Source of the DNA: Podarcis gaigeae
Taxonomy: Eukaryota
NCBI GenBank assembly: GCA_964106915.2
Contig: OZ066915.1
Direction: 5' to 3' (one strand)
Length of the DNA stretch: 64,000 nt
Of the stretch, positions 24,201-38,300 are shown in pieces; within the stretch, counting starts at the first letter, position 1; every line of letters starts with the position of its first letter. The position numbers and the translations under genes were made by a program. The notes under the pieces were generated by a model. The model had not been told where the DNA came from and did not search any database. It saw only the letters and a program-made list of their open reading frames with translations.

Positions 24201-27200
24201 TGAAGAAGGCACACCTGCGGCTAGAGCCAGAGAACTTTCAGAGCAATGATGCTCTCAGCCAAGCCTGTAAGAAAGTAAAGGAGCTGATGCAATGGCACAG
24301 GAAGCCTGCAAGCAAGCGGCAGGAAGCCTCAATGGCAGCAGCGGACCTGGAACGTTGCCTTGAATTGGAAGAAAAAGTCTCAAAGGTTTTATTGGGATTC
24401 TCACCAAAGGTCTTGCCAGATGTTGTCAGCGATGTGGAAGCTGATCAAACAGTTCTGGTGAAAAGGGGGCAGGGAGACTCTTGGGGAAAACTGGATACAG
24501 GGTCTATGGAAAGACGAGCTCAGAAAGTGCTGCTAGATAGTAAGAGTACAATCTGCAGTCATGATTCTGAAGGTCACAAAACGACATATGACATGCTGAA
24601 AAGCCAAGTTCTCCCCAAGGGGCAGCTGGGCAATAAGAACGAGCCAGAGTTTACTTGTAAAGCTCTGCTGCAAGAAACGGACCGAATGGAAAGTGAGAAC
24701 TTCAGAACTGTTCAGGATGGTTGTCAAGGAGGGTTGAAGATGCGGGGAGAAGCTGCTGAAATGGAGCATGCCAAAGATGACAAGCTGAGCAGCTATCAGG
24801 AAGAACTGGAGCGCATGGCATTGGCTTACATGTGCAGTCAGGGAAAGGCACTTGTGACCTCTGCAAACATTAAAGGAATTTCATATACCTTGAAATGGGC
24901 AGGAAAGGCCCTCAAGGCTGCTAAAGGGAACAAGGTAGGTCACTAGCTTCCTGGCTTAAACAAACAGGGTTTAGTAAATGACAGTACTGTAAGCACTTTT
25001 AATACAATAGTCTCTGCAACACAGAAATGCATTGAGAGAGAGAGATACGAATAATAAAAGAGTGAGACTCTAATTCACCTGTTGCACTTGGTGAATGGGT
25101 TTGAACCACTAGACATTTTTCATCTGTAGTGAATGCACTCTATTTGTCACGCAAGCCCCTGCTTGGCTCTGCATTCATCAGAGCTGGTGTTTGATTCTGT
25201 CCACCTCTGACTGTATCCATCCACCAAGAGCCAACCCGTGTACATTAAAATTTTGTGGAAATAGAGGACATTCCTGAAGGCTGAAACTGGCAGGTTTGGG
25301 ATAAGGAACATGCTTCTGGCGAAGAGGAAACAAATGAGTGGTGGTGGTGGTGAAAACAGTTTCTCTAGAGCAACAAAGAAATCCCTTGCTGGGGATGAAT
25401 GAAAATAAAAGAAACATTAGGAAGTGGGGCAGGGAAGGAGAGAAAAGTAAAAGCAACATGCTGTTTTTCACTTAAAGTCTGTATCCAACATGTTCTCAAC
25501 CATGAAGTAAAAAAACTAATAGATTGGGGTGACAGCAAAAATCCGTTTGCAATGTTCATATTTAAGTGACATCTTATTTATATGTAAGCTGTATATTATG
25601 TATTAACGATGCTGCAAACACAGACAAAAGTAATACTTTTGCCCCATGTTTTGAATAAATTTTTATCTCCCACTTTATGGACTCTTGACTGCTAAGCTTT
25701 ATAAAGAAAGCTGATATAATCATTGGATATCAGAAAATCAAAACTTAACAGGTCCTCTGGACCAATCTAGTCCTAAGCTATTTGTATTGTGTTCTGCATT
25801 ATTCTCAGTTTTCTGAGTTACTGGGTTAGGAGAATACTTGCCAACAAAACTGGTGGTTTTTCTTGCAAAGTTCGTAGAGGCCTTCAAGAACTGCAGGGGA
25901 ATGTGAAATTTAATGTCCTTCTCTTCTACAGGTGGAGGAAGAGAAAGGAGAACTGTATCTTCGTAGAGCCACTTTCCAGGAGCAGTTGTGTATCCTCCAA
26001 AGGGAGGTTAGACAGGCAAAAACCAAAAAACTTGTCCCTTTGCTCCAGACCAGTGCCAGCCTCCTTCGCTTGCCTGTAGTATGTGGAGAACTCACTTTGG
26101 AAACCAGGAGACTTGGTCATCTTGTATCAATGCAAGAACAAGCTGCTGACCAAATGATGGTCCAGTGGAGCCATTTGGAGCTGCTGTGGCTCTTGCTGAT
26201 GCATGAGCAGAAGAATCTGCAACAGATGAAGACCCAACTGGAGGGGATGGTGGCTACCTCGAATGAATCACATGCTAAATTACAGGAATGGCAAGCCTGC
26301 TTTGAGGATTCAAGATTCTCCATTAAGCAATGCCCGCGGACTCTGATAGACCCCAGTGATCTCACCATGTTAAGGTAAAGATCAGAAGAGCTATGGCAGG
26401 GGAAAGGTATCAAATGGCTGCAAGTGTTAGAAACAAGGAAATACTTCCTTAGAGTAGAAATGGGGCTCGTTAGAAAACAAAAATAAGCTGGTATGTGACT
26501 AAAATGAAGCATAACCTATTGAAGATAAAATACGCTAGGACCTTCTCGTCCATTTCTTTTATGCAGCACACTTGAATGAATGTTGGAAAAGAGCCATAGT
26601 CATTAATGCAGGACATTTAAACCACTTTGAGATGAATTAACAGATAAACTCCTAATTGTTAATTCAGCTAAATAAGCATTAAGTCTAACTCGGGTTGAGT
26701 CTTTCAAATACTCAAAATTCTCTCACAGCAGCAGATCAACAAGAAACGAGATAGCATCCCAGCACAATTCTATAGTCACTCTAGTCATCTATAGCGCAGC
26801 CATTTTCAAAGTATATGAATCTCTCGCTTTTCTCACTGGTACAAGGCCAAGAACTGTTATGGATACAATTTCTCAAAGCTTCTAACTGATGGATGCGTCT
26901 TATGTATTCCTTTCCTCCTTAGGCTGTGGGAGATGCTAAACAGGCACAGTCAAGATAAGCAACTCTTCCATGCCTATGGGGCCTTGGCAGGCTGGGGCTC
27001 CCGGTTATGCCAGGAGCTCAGGATGCTCAAAGTGCAGCTGGCAACGCCACACTCTCAGCTTCCTAAACTGGAGTCTGACAATGAGGTGCTTCACTGTTTG
27101 ATGTATGGTGACTGCAACCAGCTAATGCTTCGTGCTCAGGTAAGCAAAAGCTGTAGCCCATCATGTGTGTGAAACTTCTTTTTCTTGCTATATTATCTAT

Positions 27201-30200
27201 TAATAATCACAAGAATAGACCAAATTAACGGCACACAATGATCTTTGCTTTTGCTACACCATTAAGTGTTGTACTCTTGGGACTCCTGGTCCTCCTTAAG
27301 TAGCAAACTTCCCTCCCTGTGAAACTTCTAAATGATGAAAAATTGGAGAAATATGTGCTGCTGCTTCTGAACCCCTATTTGTTTTGACACCTGTTTTCTA
27401 CAGGGACTAGAAGAACCTCTGGAGCAGCTTTACACCACACAAGCCAAACTCTACCAAATGCTAATGGACACCTTGAGTGATGTGAAGGCCAAGCAAAAAT
27501 CCCTGCGGAGTCACTTTCAGCAAACTGAGCGCAGCCTCTACATGCATTTCTTCACTAACCCAGAACAGCTGAAGGAGCTGGTGCAAGATGCTGAGAAACA
27601 GACCCTGGCATTTTCTTAGGTGTCGGTATAGTCACATGAGTGTAGTTCAGTAGAAAATAGTCCTCCAGCTTGCTTGAAGGTACTCACATCTTATCGTCAT
27701 CTAGACTGAGTGGAAAGTCTCCTTAGGGAGAATCCTGTTTGTGAAAGCTTACATTGCTATGTTCTCTTTGTAAAATTGACAGATTTGGACCTACCGGTAA
27801 TTCCATATACAGTGTTTCTTCCCTACAATGACTTGGTAAAAAAGGCTCTTAAACTATAGTCTGTTTTTTCCCTTCAGAGTCTGAGTAAAGTGATGGAAGA
27901 AGTGATGGATGGGTGGGCTGAGATGTTGGTTAAAACTAAAAGCTACAGTGCATACTTCTAAGATGGGGCGCTGCCCTTTTCTGCTTGCCTGCATATTTAT
28001 TGTCTACCTATTTTTCTATCTCAATTACTGATGTTATTCAAAAAAAACTGTGATGAAAGAAGAACATGGCTGCACAATCAAGAATGTTTTGTTTAATGGT
28101 CAGGGTCCATTTTTTGCTGTCTTAAATTGTGGTAATACAAGAAGCTCCATGGTTGAAAATATAATGTGTACCATTTTCAGGCATGTTGCTTGTTTTATAT
28201 TGAAAACAACTCACTGAAATATGCTAATAAAAGTAATGTTCACTTTAATTTTAACTATTTGTTTAGGCAAAGGGCTATACCAACTAGCCTAGAAACATGC
28301 TGATGTTGCAATATAATTATTGAAACACATTCTCCCTTTACCTTTCAAATAGGATATTGTGACAGGCATTGCAGAATCCTGGTGGAAGCTGGTCATAATC
28401 ACTTATTATAGAAGCCTATTTTTAGATAATTTCATTGGCAACAGGATCTACACATTTTATCATAAGTTACAATATAATTTTGTTTCCAGAATTCTGAAGT
28501 AAGGTTATGGAGGGGCTCTCTTTTCACACACCAGTAGCTCAATATAACTGCATTTTCCACTATGCATTTAAGACATACTAAAATATATTGCACATATCTG
28601 AATATACCTATACATTGCTTTTGGTGACTTGCTGCTGCCACCTGACAATACAGATGAGCTACTTGCCTGGGTGGGCACCAACTAACAATAAGTCTTCACA
28701 TGTGTAGCAAAAATACACATCTAGAGCATTAAAAAAATCTCCATATGACTCTACTCTTAAGATCATCTCTAGGCACTGACTACAACATCAGTCAAATTGA
28801 CAGCTGGCTAAATAAACCCAACTCTTGGAACAGTCCTTGAACAGGGGGAACATAATTGACAATAGGCCTTCTAAATTTTCTGGAAGTGCCAAATAATAGT
28901 AGGTAGTAACCCAGCATGTCAGTGAACAGAAAACGAGACAAGGATCTGTAGCACTAATTTTCTGCTTGTATTCAGCAGCTGTCAATGTTCTTTCCAGCTA
29001 GGAAGCTTTGCAGTGGCTCAATAATCTATTCAAAAGGGAGTTGGCCTTTGAATTCAATAGGAGTAACTTCTGAAATGACACAAACAGGATTGTGCTGTGT
29101 GATGTGAACTATGCTTTTACTTCCCTTACTCTTCTCATCTAGTGAAATGAAGCCAGAGGGTAACATTACTATAGAACCATTCGAGTCCAAAGAGTTAAGG
29201 TGGTAGAGGGATGCTGATACCCATCGTTTCAGCCTCTCCGGCAGGTGCAGACTGCTTTTCATCCCTCCTCATCAGATTTATCATTTGATGAGTGAGGAAC
29301 AATGTTTGATCTGTGTATATGCATCTGCATTTCTGTGTATGTGATGGCTGGGATGTGGGTGAGAGTGTGTGCACGCTGGATATGACCCCTCTGCCAGTGT
29401 GCAGTACCCAAAGGCACTACATACCTTTGGCTGAAAAGGATTAGATTCTTCTTCTTCAGGGACAGCCATCAAAGGGAATAAGCTGCTACAACTCACTTAC
29501 AAGGTAAACAAGTTTGAAAATCAGAATGGGTGGGGTGTTTAGGGGGTGTTACTATTGAACCTGTATCCATGATAAAGCACAGACAGTATAACTAGTGTTC
29601 TTGTTGAAAGTATTGTTAAAAGCTATTCTTTCTCAACTCTGTTACCTCTGTAACATCATTTTTGTTGAGGTTCCTCAAGCTGGCAAGGGCAGCATCCAGG
29701 GCAGGCAGGGCTTCTGCCAGGTCCTTCTGTGCGTCATCAGCAATAGCCTGAGCGGTCTGAGCTTTGACTTTGGCTTTCATTTCCTCTGCCTGCACAGCAT
29801 TCCGTGTTTCTTCTGCAACAGCTGTGTCTACCTGCAGCAGCACAAAGGTATTTGGAATCATGAATGCCTTCAGGACTGGCTAAATTAGAAGCACCTTTTC
29901 TGCATCAGTCAGAGACCCAGTCTGCCTGCCATGGTAAACCATAGTTAACGGCTAGCCCTAAATACATGGCTCTCACTAGCGCACGGGGGGTGTGTGTGTG
30001 TGTGTGAAACGGACAAACCACAATAGTTGTTTTAGGATTACATCTGAATACAGGATTGTGGCTTGTTTCCCTCCCCACCCCAGCCCCGAAAAAAAGCCCC
30101 AAGCCCACATTAAGCCAAAGGAAAACTTTGACAACAGATCAATGTTTGTTTGGAGTAAAGCAAACCATGAGCACTAATTCAGATGAAACTTTAAGTCAGG

Positions 30201-33200
30201 GGTTTGTTTGTTTTCCTCCTGCTCACTTGCAGGAAGGAAAAAAGCAGGCAAGATTAGTGTATTCACAGTAAACTATTAATTATGGTTTAGCACGATGTGT
30301 TAAAGAGGTCATTGTTTGCCAAAGCATAAAAACATTCTAGCATAACAGCAACAACAACAACCCAAGGGGCATGCTTTTCTCAAAAGAGCCAGGAGCAGAT
30401 ATGGCTGACCAGAACTCTGAACAGGAACACTGCTGATACAGAATGATAGTCTGCAATGTTTGGTTACCTGTCTCACTTGGGAAGTAGTATATGGTAGATT
30501 CAAGTTCTTTATTGTGCATGCATGGCTAAAGATAAAGAGATTGCCCTTCTTATGAACATGATTGTCTGAAATAAGCATCACACCTCACATAGCAAGGTTA
30601 AATATTTGGAGTTTAGTATAAAGGCCATGTCATGCCATTTTGGAGCCAAAAGAACAAACCCAAATGGCATCCCCTTTTGCAGTAAAGAACAACAAAAGTT
30701 TTCTGTCCTTGTGGCAAATGTTGCCCCATTACAGTGGTACCTTGGGTTAAGTACTTAATTCGTTCCGGAGGTCCGTACTTAACCTGAAAGTGTTCTTAAC
30801 CTGAAGCACCACTTTAGCTAATGGGGCCTCCTGCTACTGCTGCGCTGCTGGAGCACAATTACTGTTCTCATCCTGAAGCAAAGTTCTTAACCTGAAGCAC
30901 TATTTCTGGGTTAGCGGAGTCTGTAACCTGAAGTGTATGTAACCTGAAGCGTATGTAACCTGAGGTACCACTGTATTTTAATTGTAGGACTTGTATTGTG
31001 TGAAAACAAGGCAGAGATGCAATATGGGCCTCTCTTTCTCCAGCTTAAAGCTAACAAGGCAAAGTATCAGCACAAAGTCCAATGATCAGGTTCTTTCCCC
31101 TTCTTGTTTTACCAGGGCACCATCAGTCTCTTTTGCAGCAGTGTCTGAAGGCCCACTGCATACCTGTATCTGTTCCATGGTTACCAATGTGTCTTGGGCA
31201 GCCTCAGCCAGCAGGGGGCGTGCTAATTCTAGCTCTTCCTGCATTTTTGCTACATCTTCTGCAGTTCGCAAAAGCTAGAAATGGAGGGGAAAGTCATTCT
31301 CATATTGAACGTGTCTAGCGAAGAGGAAAATAATCTGAAAACAGTACAGATAGTAAAGGAAAAACCTCAGAAGTAGCTTCAAGCTGCTTGAAAAGACAAC
31401 CTGTTGTTTATTCTGGGCTCCACTGGAAAGTCTCTTCAATTCGAGAGCACAATCCAGTCCAAGCCACAGTTAATTCAGTGTCAGAGTTCTACACAGGTGC
31501 TCAATTCCCCCACCAAAATCAATGGTATTAAAACTGCTTAACTTTTACTTGGCCCAGCCATGTTTTAAAACATTATTTTACCATTGCTTTTTCTTTGTTG
31601 TTATTCCATGCTGCCACTTTTCTGCATGAAAACTGGCAGCATTTCCTAAGAGTAGCACTATATGCCCAAAGCTTGTTTCAGGTTGTGGGTTTTGTTTTTT
31701 TAAAATATAAAGTATAATGTGCTACTAAAAGTCTCAGTTTCACATAAGACCAGGGTGAACTGCACTCAGTAAAGGAAAAGAGAACATCAATATATGTGGC
31801 TTTATCTTCATTCCTTCTCTCTCTCTCTTATAGCCTTACACATTTACACAGTGAAGAAAAGAGTCTATGCCAGCCTTCCCAAGTTGGTGCCCTTCAACTC
31901 TCAGAAGCTGATGGGAGTTGAGGGTTCAGCACTATCTAGAGGGCCCCAGTTTGTGTAAGGCAAGTCTTTGCTCACACCCAAATACAGATTGACTTTCACT
32001 AATGATATTTGGGTGTATAATGATTCGAGGTAATTAACACCATTGACATAGCATTTACCTTAAATAAATAAATATAATTAGGCAAATCAGTTTTCAGTCA
32101 GCAAGAAAAACATATCTGTAGGCTTTTTGGAAGATGCATGTTAATTGATCTGATCGCTGTCTTAAAATATGAAGGCTACATGCTGAATTTTATTCTGAGT
32201 GTTTTTCAGATATTTTATTCTGCTGGATTTTATTCTGGGTGTTTTTCTGATTTATTTTTTTTACGTGTTAAATAATTCTTTAGTCTTATTTTGGTAGTGT
32301 TTAATGTGATGCATGCTGTTATTCCAGTTATAGACATACAGGCACCCTCTGTGTTGAGCATCTAGAGCCTTCCATGTTGACCTCTCTTCATCAGCTGCCA
32401 GCTGGGGCAGCTTCGGGTTCTCTCTCTAGGCTTCCTTCTGAATTCCCTCACTGAACTTTCTGAAGACTGATCTTCCTACAGTCCTGAGCCTGGTGTAATA
32501 TTCCCTTCAGCCAATCAACAGGTTTCTGTTGGAATTCCAAACCCTTATAGACCAACAAGTTTGAAAGGAATGTCCACTAAATAACTTATCATAAACTAAC
32601 CACTTTGGATGTTATTGCCCTGTACATAAAAGCTGGAACCTTGCATGTATATATCACTGTCTTCTTAGCACGAATTAGTAACTCTGACAGTTTGAACAGC
32701 TATTTGGTAGATGACCACCAAGACTTGAATACCATGCATCTCAGAGATGGGGAGCCTGTGGCCCTCCAGATGTTACATAACTACAACTCCAATTATCCCA
32801 GACCACTTTTTACCTAATATTGATAGTTTCTATACAGGAGGCTTCCAAACATTGACTTTCACAAGCAATGACAATGCTTTTGAAAGTAATCAGCACAGTG
32901 ACACACTATACATCAGGCCCAAGCTGATATTCCAAACTTAGTAGTGTGTGGTGGTGGAGGGAACCTTTCATGATGGGCTTTGCTGAAAAGGAGAAATTGG
33001 TCTTCAACATATGTGATAGAACCCCAAGACTGAAGAAACTCACCTTGTCCAATCCACTCTTCATCCTGGTTTTGGCAACTTTGAGCTCCTGCTTTTTTGC
33101 ACCTATCAAGGTGGTGAAGATGCCGAGCAGCTCCAGGTAGCTTTTGGGAGTGACATAATTATGCCTTGCCAATTCTGCCAGATACACCTTGCACTTAAGT

Positions 33201-35337
33201 GCTACGCTCTGATGGATTTCTACACACATCTCAATCTATAAAGGGGAGGAAACGGACGTTGGAAAAAGGTTTCTCAACAGAAAGAAGGCAGAGAATGACT
33301 ATGAAATGTGCTACATGCAAGATGCACAAAATGTGTAATGCTAACATTTATGAAATGAGTATTTCCTTGAAACACAGGGACCAATTGGAGAAGTGACAGC
33401 TATTCGAAACACCAGCAGGGACTCATACAATATGAATTCTAATAACGAAACATTCAATTATTAGATAGCTGCTCTCTTTTTCATGTTTCTCCTTGCACAT
33501 ATGTAAAATCAGAGGTTGTGAGCATGTTTAAGAGAGGTCACTTACCATTCCCTGTATAATTTCAGGGGTGGCATCAGTATCTGGGATCTCATTGAAAAAG
33601 GAAGCAGCAACAGACTCCAGGGCTTCTGCAGGCCACTCATTAAACCAGTCAATGGTACAGCAGTTCACCAGAGATGGGAACTGTCTGAGCCGTGCTCGGA
33701 ATACCTCTCCAATAGGACTGGAGAACGAGGAAGCAGTAAAGAACGAGAAAACCTTATTAGAATAGACTTCAACTAAGTCAAATATCTCTAGTTGGGATGT
33801 ACTGCAGGGAATTCTTTTAACAGCAAAGGCCATGCTAGGCACATTCAGAAAACCACAATTAAAATTTATACTAATATATTACACTAAACCACTGGGGATG
33901 GGGAATTCCCACCTCACCAGCAAAGCCTTTATACTCATTAATGTTTCCACAAGGCAATCATCCCAAATGTTGACATTCAAATTAGGTGCCCTACAGATCT
34001 CTTCTACATGTGTATTGGAACTAAAGGCTGTAACTATGGTATGTGCCGTTATTCCTGAGGGAATAGGCACTATGCTTTGTAAGTGAACACTTTGATCCGT
34101 CTAAGAATTGTGGGCAACACAACTTCATGGCTCCTATGGATACAGCGTTCAAAATGCAGTGATATTTATTTTGAAGATTTATAGCACATCTATAAGACTA
34201 TTAGCCGAAATATAATTGAAAAAGTCACATCAAACCTCAAGGGTACGGAAAATAGGAGTGAAGAAAAAAACCAACAATATCTGAAGGATCACAGGCTCCC
34301 CATTCCTGCTATATTCCAGCCCCCTGTAGCATGGATCACTACTGATAGTAAGGAAAGCTCTTGGGAGCTTGGAGAGACCCCCTTCACCATTTAGCCCAAT
34401 GGACTAGGCTAGCTCATACCTCATGCATAGGACTGTGTGGATATTACTGCGTACTCTCCCTGTGTACGCAGCCATCAGGTTGGCCTTGGTAGGCTGAAGC
34501 CCCTGGTCCTGCACTAACGGTTTCATAGTGGTCATAATCTGGTCCTGTTCATCCAGGGCATACAGGTTGGGTATGTCTCCTGAATTCAGCAGGTTGTTGA
34601 TATCCTCAAGAAAGGACTCACTTTTAATCTAAAGAAAAAAATTAAAAGGCTTCTATCGGCAGTAATAATGTTGTGCCTTTCATTTTAACCTCATCTACTT
34701 ACCCACTAAAGATCTCGTCTTTGTGACTTAGATTTTCCTATTGAAAATCACGGAAATGTAAGTCACAGTGAGAACACTGGTTGTGTAAATAATGAGAAAT
34801 AGCCTAACTGATGGGATGAGATCTGCATTAGAGAGAGAATAGTGCGAAACCCCTACTTTGTTAATGTGAACTAGTAATTCAGAAATTAGACTAACATTTG
34901 AGACCCATCTTTTGGATCCAGTCCTAAACTCTGATCACTTTTCTAGGCATTTCATTCTTAAGACAATAAATATGCACTTCCTATCTATTACTTGCAATCC
35001 ACTTACCATCCATCAACCCTAAACATCTGTTTTAGAGACATTACATCTCTCCAATACTAGTTGGGCTGTATTTTGTACCTGGGAAAATGCAAATTTCCCT
35101 CCAATGGTACACTTATTGCTACTAGAAGGCATTGACACCTATTAGATATTGCTTGTAATGAGAATTTTCTCCCTTTCCTTCACCCAATACTTATGCCATT
35201 CTATGCATTCTAATGTGTTATTTCGCTCATTATTAGCAATGTTTTCAATGTTTTCAATGCTGAGTGCGTGACTCAGTGCATGAAACTGATATTCCTTCCC
35301 TTATGCACAGTGCCACACCATTGTGTAAGCCACTTGC

Positions 35338-35378
<41 letters not shown>

Positions 35379-38300
35379 CATAATCAGAGAGCCTGTATGG
35401 TATAGTTGACTGCAGTACACAACTACCTAGTAGTATGGTTGTTGTCCTTCAACAAGTTGTGCAAATGGGATTATTCCACAGGATTGCACTGCAACATATC
35501 TAACCACAGATCATCTGGATAAGCCGCAGAGGCACTATGCAATTTTTGGTTTGCAGGGTACTCAAATATCAGTGTGATTTATAGTTGTGATTCTTACCTG
35601 TTGGCACCCATGTGTGTAAAATTTGGCCAACATGTTTAGTAATCTAACTCCTTAACAGTTAAGAGTTCTTAGTACCACCAAGAGAAATGTCATTCAGGTA
35701 TCAGGTACAGCACCGTTTTTCTCAAAACATAGAAGTTCAGTTTTTCAAGTAAACTTGCTAAGCTAAGACTAGTTGGGAAAACAAAACAATAGATGTGAGT
35801 GACAAAATTGGTACAAATCTGAGCAACATTCATTTAAAGGTTTAGCTATCCAGCACAAGAAGAAATTTCATTCCCAACAGCTTCAATTACCTGCGTATCT
35901 GTAAACAGAAAGGTAATGGATAAGTTTTGCAGACCAGCCTTCAGCATGATCTTTTTGAGGTCTTCTCTCCAGTCAGATATCCCATAGTTCTTGGAAAGTT
36001 CTATTTGAAAACATTCATAATCAGCTCTAAAAAGGAAATGATTATAATCAGGGCATAAGCTACAATATGTTAATCATAGCTGTCAAGTGTCCCTTATTTG
36101 AAGGGACAGTCCCTTATTCCAGCGCCATGTCCCGCTGCTGTCCCTTATTGATGGATGTCCCTTAAATTTCAAAGGAAGCAGCTCCTCTCCCTCCCTCCCT
36201 GCTGGCCAGGGAGGAGGGAGGCTCCAACTGTGTTGCTTGGCTGTGTTGCTCACCCAATAAGAAGTCAAAGAACGACGGGGGGGGGGTGGAGCTTGCATGC
36301 CTTGTGTGTGGCTAGTTAATGCAAGCTGAGGGGTTTTTTGAATGCTGGACGCCATTTTGTTGCACGTGCTGCTGCAAACTTTGCAGTGCAAAGCCAGGCC
36401 GGGGAGCCATCTTAAGTTGAGGCTGCATAGGTCTTGTGGTGCATGTGATTCAGATTCTATTCAATTGAACCTCTGGTTACAAAGTTGGTTGGACAGTGTT
36501 CTCGAAGCTACCAGCATGAGTTTGACCAGACTGCAGGAGGACAGGAAGACTGGAGTGCCTGGAACAGGTGAGGCTGCAGGTCCCTTATTTTGGCTGCTGG
36601 TCCCTTATTTTCAAATCTGTAAGTTGATAGCTATGATGCTAATACGTATACAAGGGAGAAAGACACAGAAAGAACTGTTGGTTGCTAACTGAGTGGTAGT
36701 TCTGTATCACTGGAAGAAGGTAATCTGTGAGAGTTACGGGGCCACCTTGTGGTCAAAGGCTGGAAAAAGAATTTGAGGGAAATAGGCAGCTTGCAGAATC
36801 CAGTTTGCATCCTTGCCATACTCAAACAGGTCAGTTGACCAAGACACAAAAACACAAAGAGAGAAAACAAACATCTACTTCTCTAACAATTGTTGTAACC
36901 TACCCTGGAGCTTTAGGGTGAAGGGCAAATTAAAACAACGAGAGTGACCCTAAGATAAGAATCTAACAATTTTTACAGCAGAACTAGAAAAAAACTACTT
37001 AACCAAAGCAGCTGAGAAACTAGGGTGAGGCTGATGACCTTCAACCAGTGAAACCATTCCTACCATTCAGGTAGAACATAACAGCTTTTTCTCATGTTGC
37101 TGGAGAAGGTAATTAGTGAGGGGCATACCAAAGCTTCTCTAAGAATTTATATTTTAATTTTTGTAAGCTGAGACCCAGATATGAAAAGCAGGGTATAACT
37201 TTTAATAAATAATAATATTCTTCTTCTTTGGTGATCACTTGTAGTCGAGTAAGAATAAGAATATAGGGCCTATGTGGCGGAAGTCTAATGCATATTGCCA
37301 GAATCTGAGCAATTCCCTTTCCATTTTGAGAGGCAATGGTTACACAGATTAGGCCTGTGCCCATTAGGCTCTATGTGCATAGGCCCAAAGACCATATTCC
37401 AGTGTTATAAAGTGGATGCGAGGTGGACCTGGAGGCATTCACGTACATTGGGTGGGAAGGCAAGGAAAATCCCAGTTTCTTCACTATGGTTACTTTCTGT
37501 ACAGCTGGAAAATGATGTGAACAGTGTCAAACTTTCTTCATATGATGTGAGCAAACTGAACTCAGAAGTAGAAATGAAGAACATAAATCCTAAAAAACCC
37601 AAACCCAAACCCAAACTCACTGCTTTTCTGATCATTCTGTCACTATCCACTGGCTCAGAAACCTTTAATATCATTCATATCTTACATGTGAGATGCTAAT
37701 TTGGTGAGAGATTGCCTTCCACTGCCACCAACACCCAATAGAAGAGCATTGCCCAGTGCCTGGCGCAGAATACGGGTGATTCGGCAAATGTGTTGCATAG
37801 CGTCCATGAAAAGAACTAGCTTCATCTTGGTAGTATTGATCTGATTGTATTCCTCCATGTACTCTTCAATCACGTGCATAAGCTATAGTCAAAAAGAGAG
37901 GAAGAAGAATAGGAGCAGGAACTAAGCATGCCTCTCTGAGAAGGCCATCAATGGACCATCCACCTCTATGCCCATCAGATCCTGTCAATAAGGGAAGACA
38001 GGGGTGAAAAAAATACCCTCTGTCTTAGAAAGCCTACTCAGTGAAAATGAAAATAGATGATCTAGGATGTACACCCATCAAAAAAGAAGAGCAAGCAGCC
38101 TTTCTTTAACTCCCCAACCAAAATCTTTCACAGATAAAGTTAACTATTTAAATAATGTTCACTGTAAATCATAGCCAAGTTCAATAGGATTAGAGCAACA
38201 CACTTGCAAGGATTTCAGAGTATCAATTTGAGTTTAGCTATTGTGTCATAAATTATCTAATCCCTCATCCACATTTTATCTATCTGGGCAATGGGTGTGA

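Noticed and set aside
23711-27619. Processed pseudogene or retrocopy explanation for the HAUS3-like gene
   Set aside because: It has three spliceosomal introns with good splice signals and no frameshift or premature stop.
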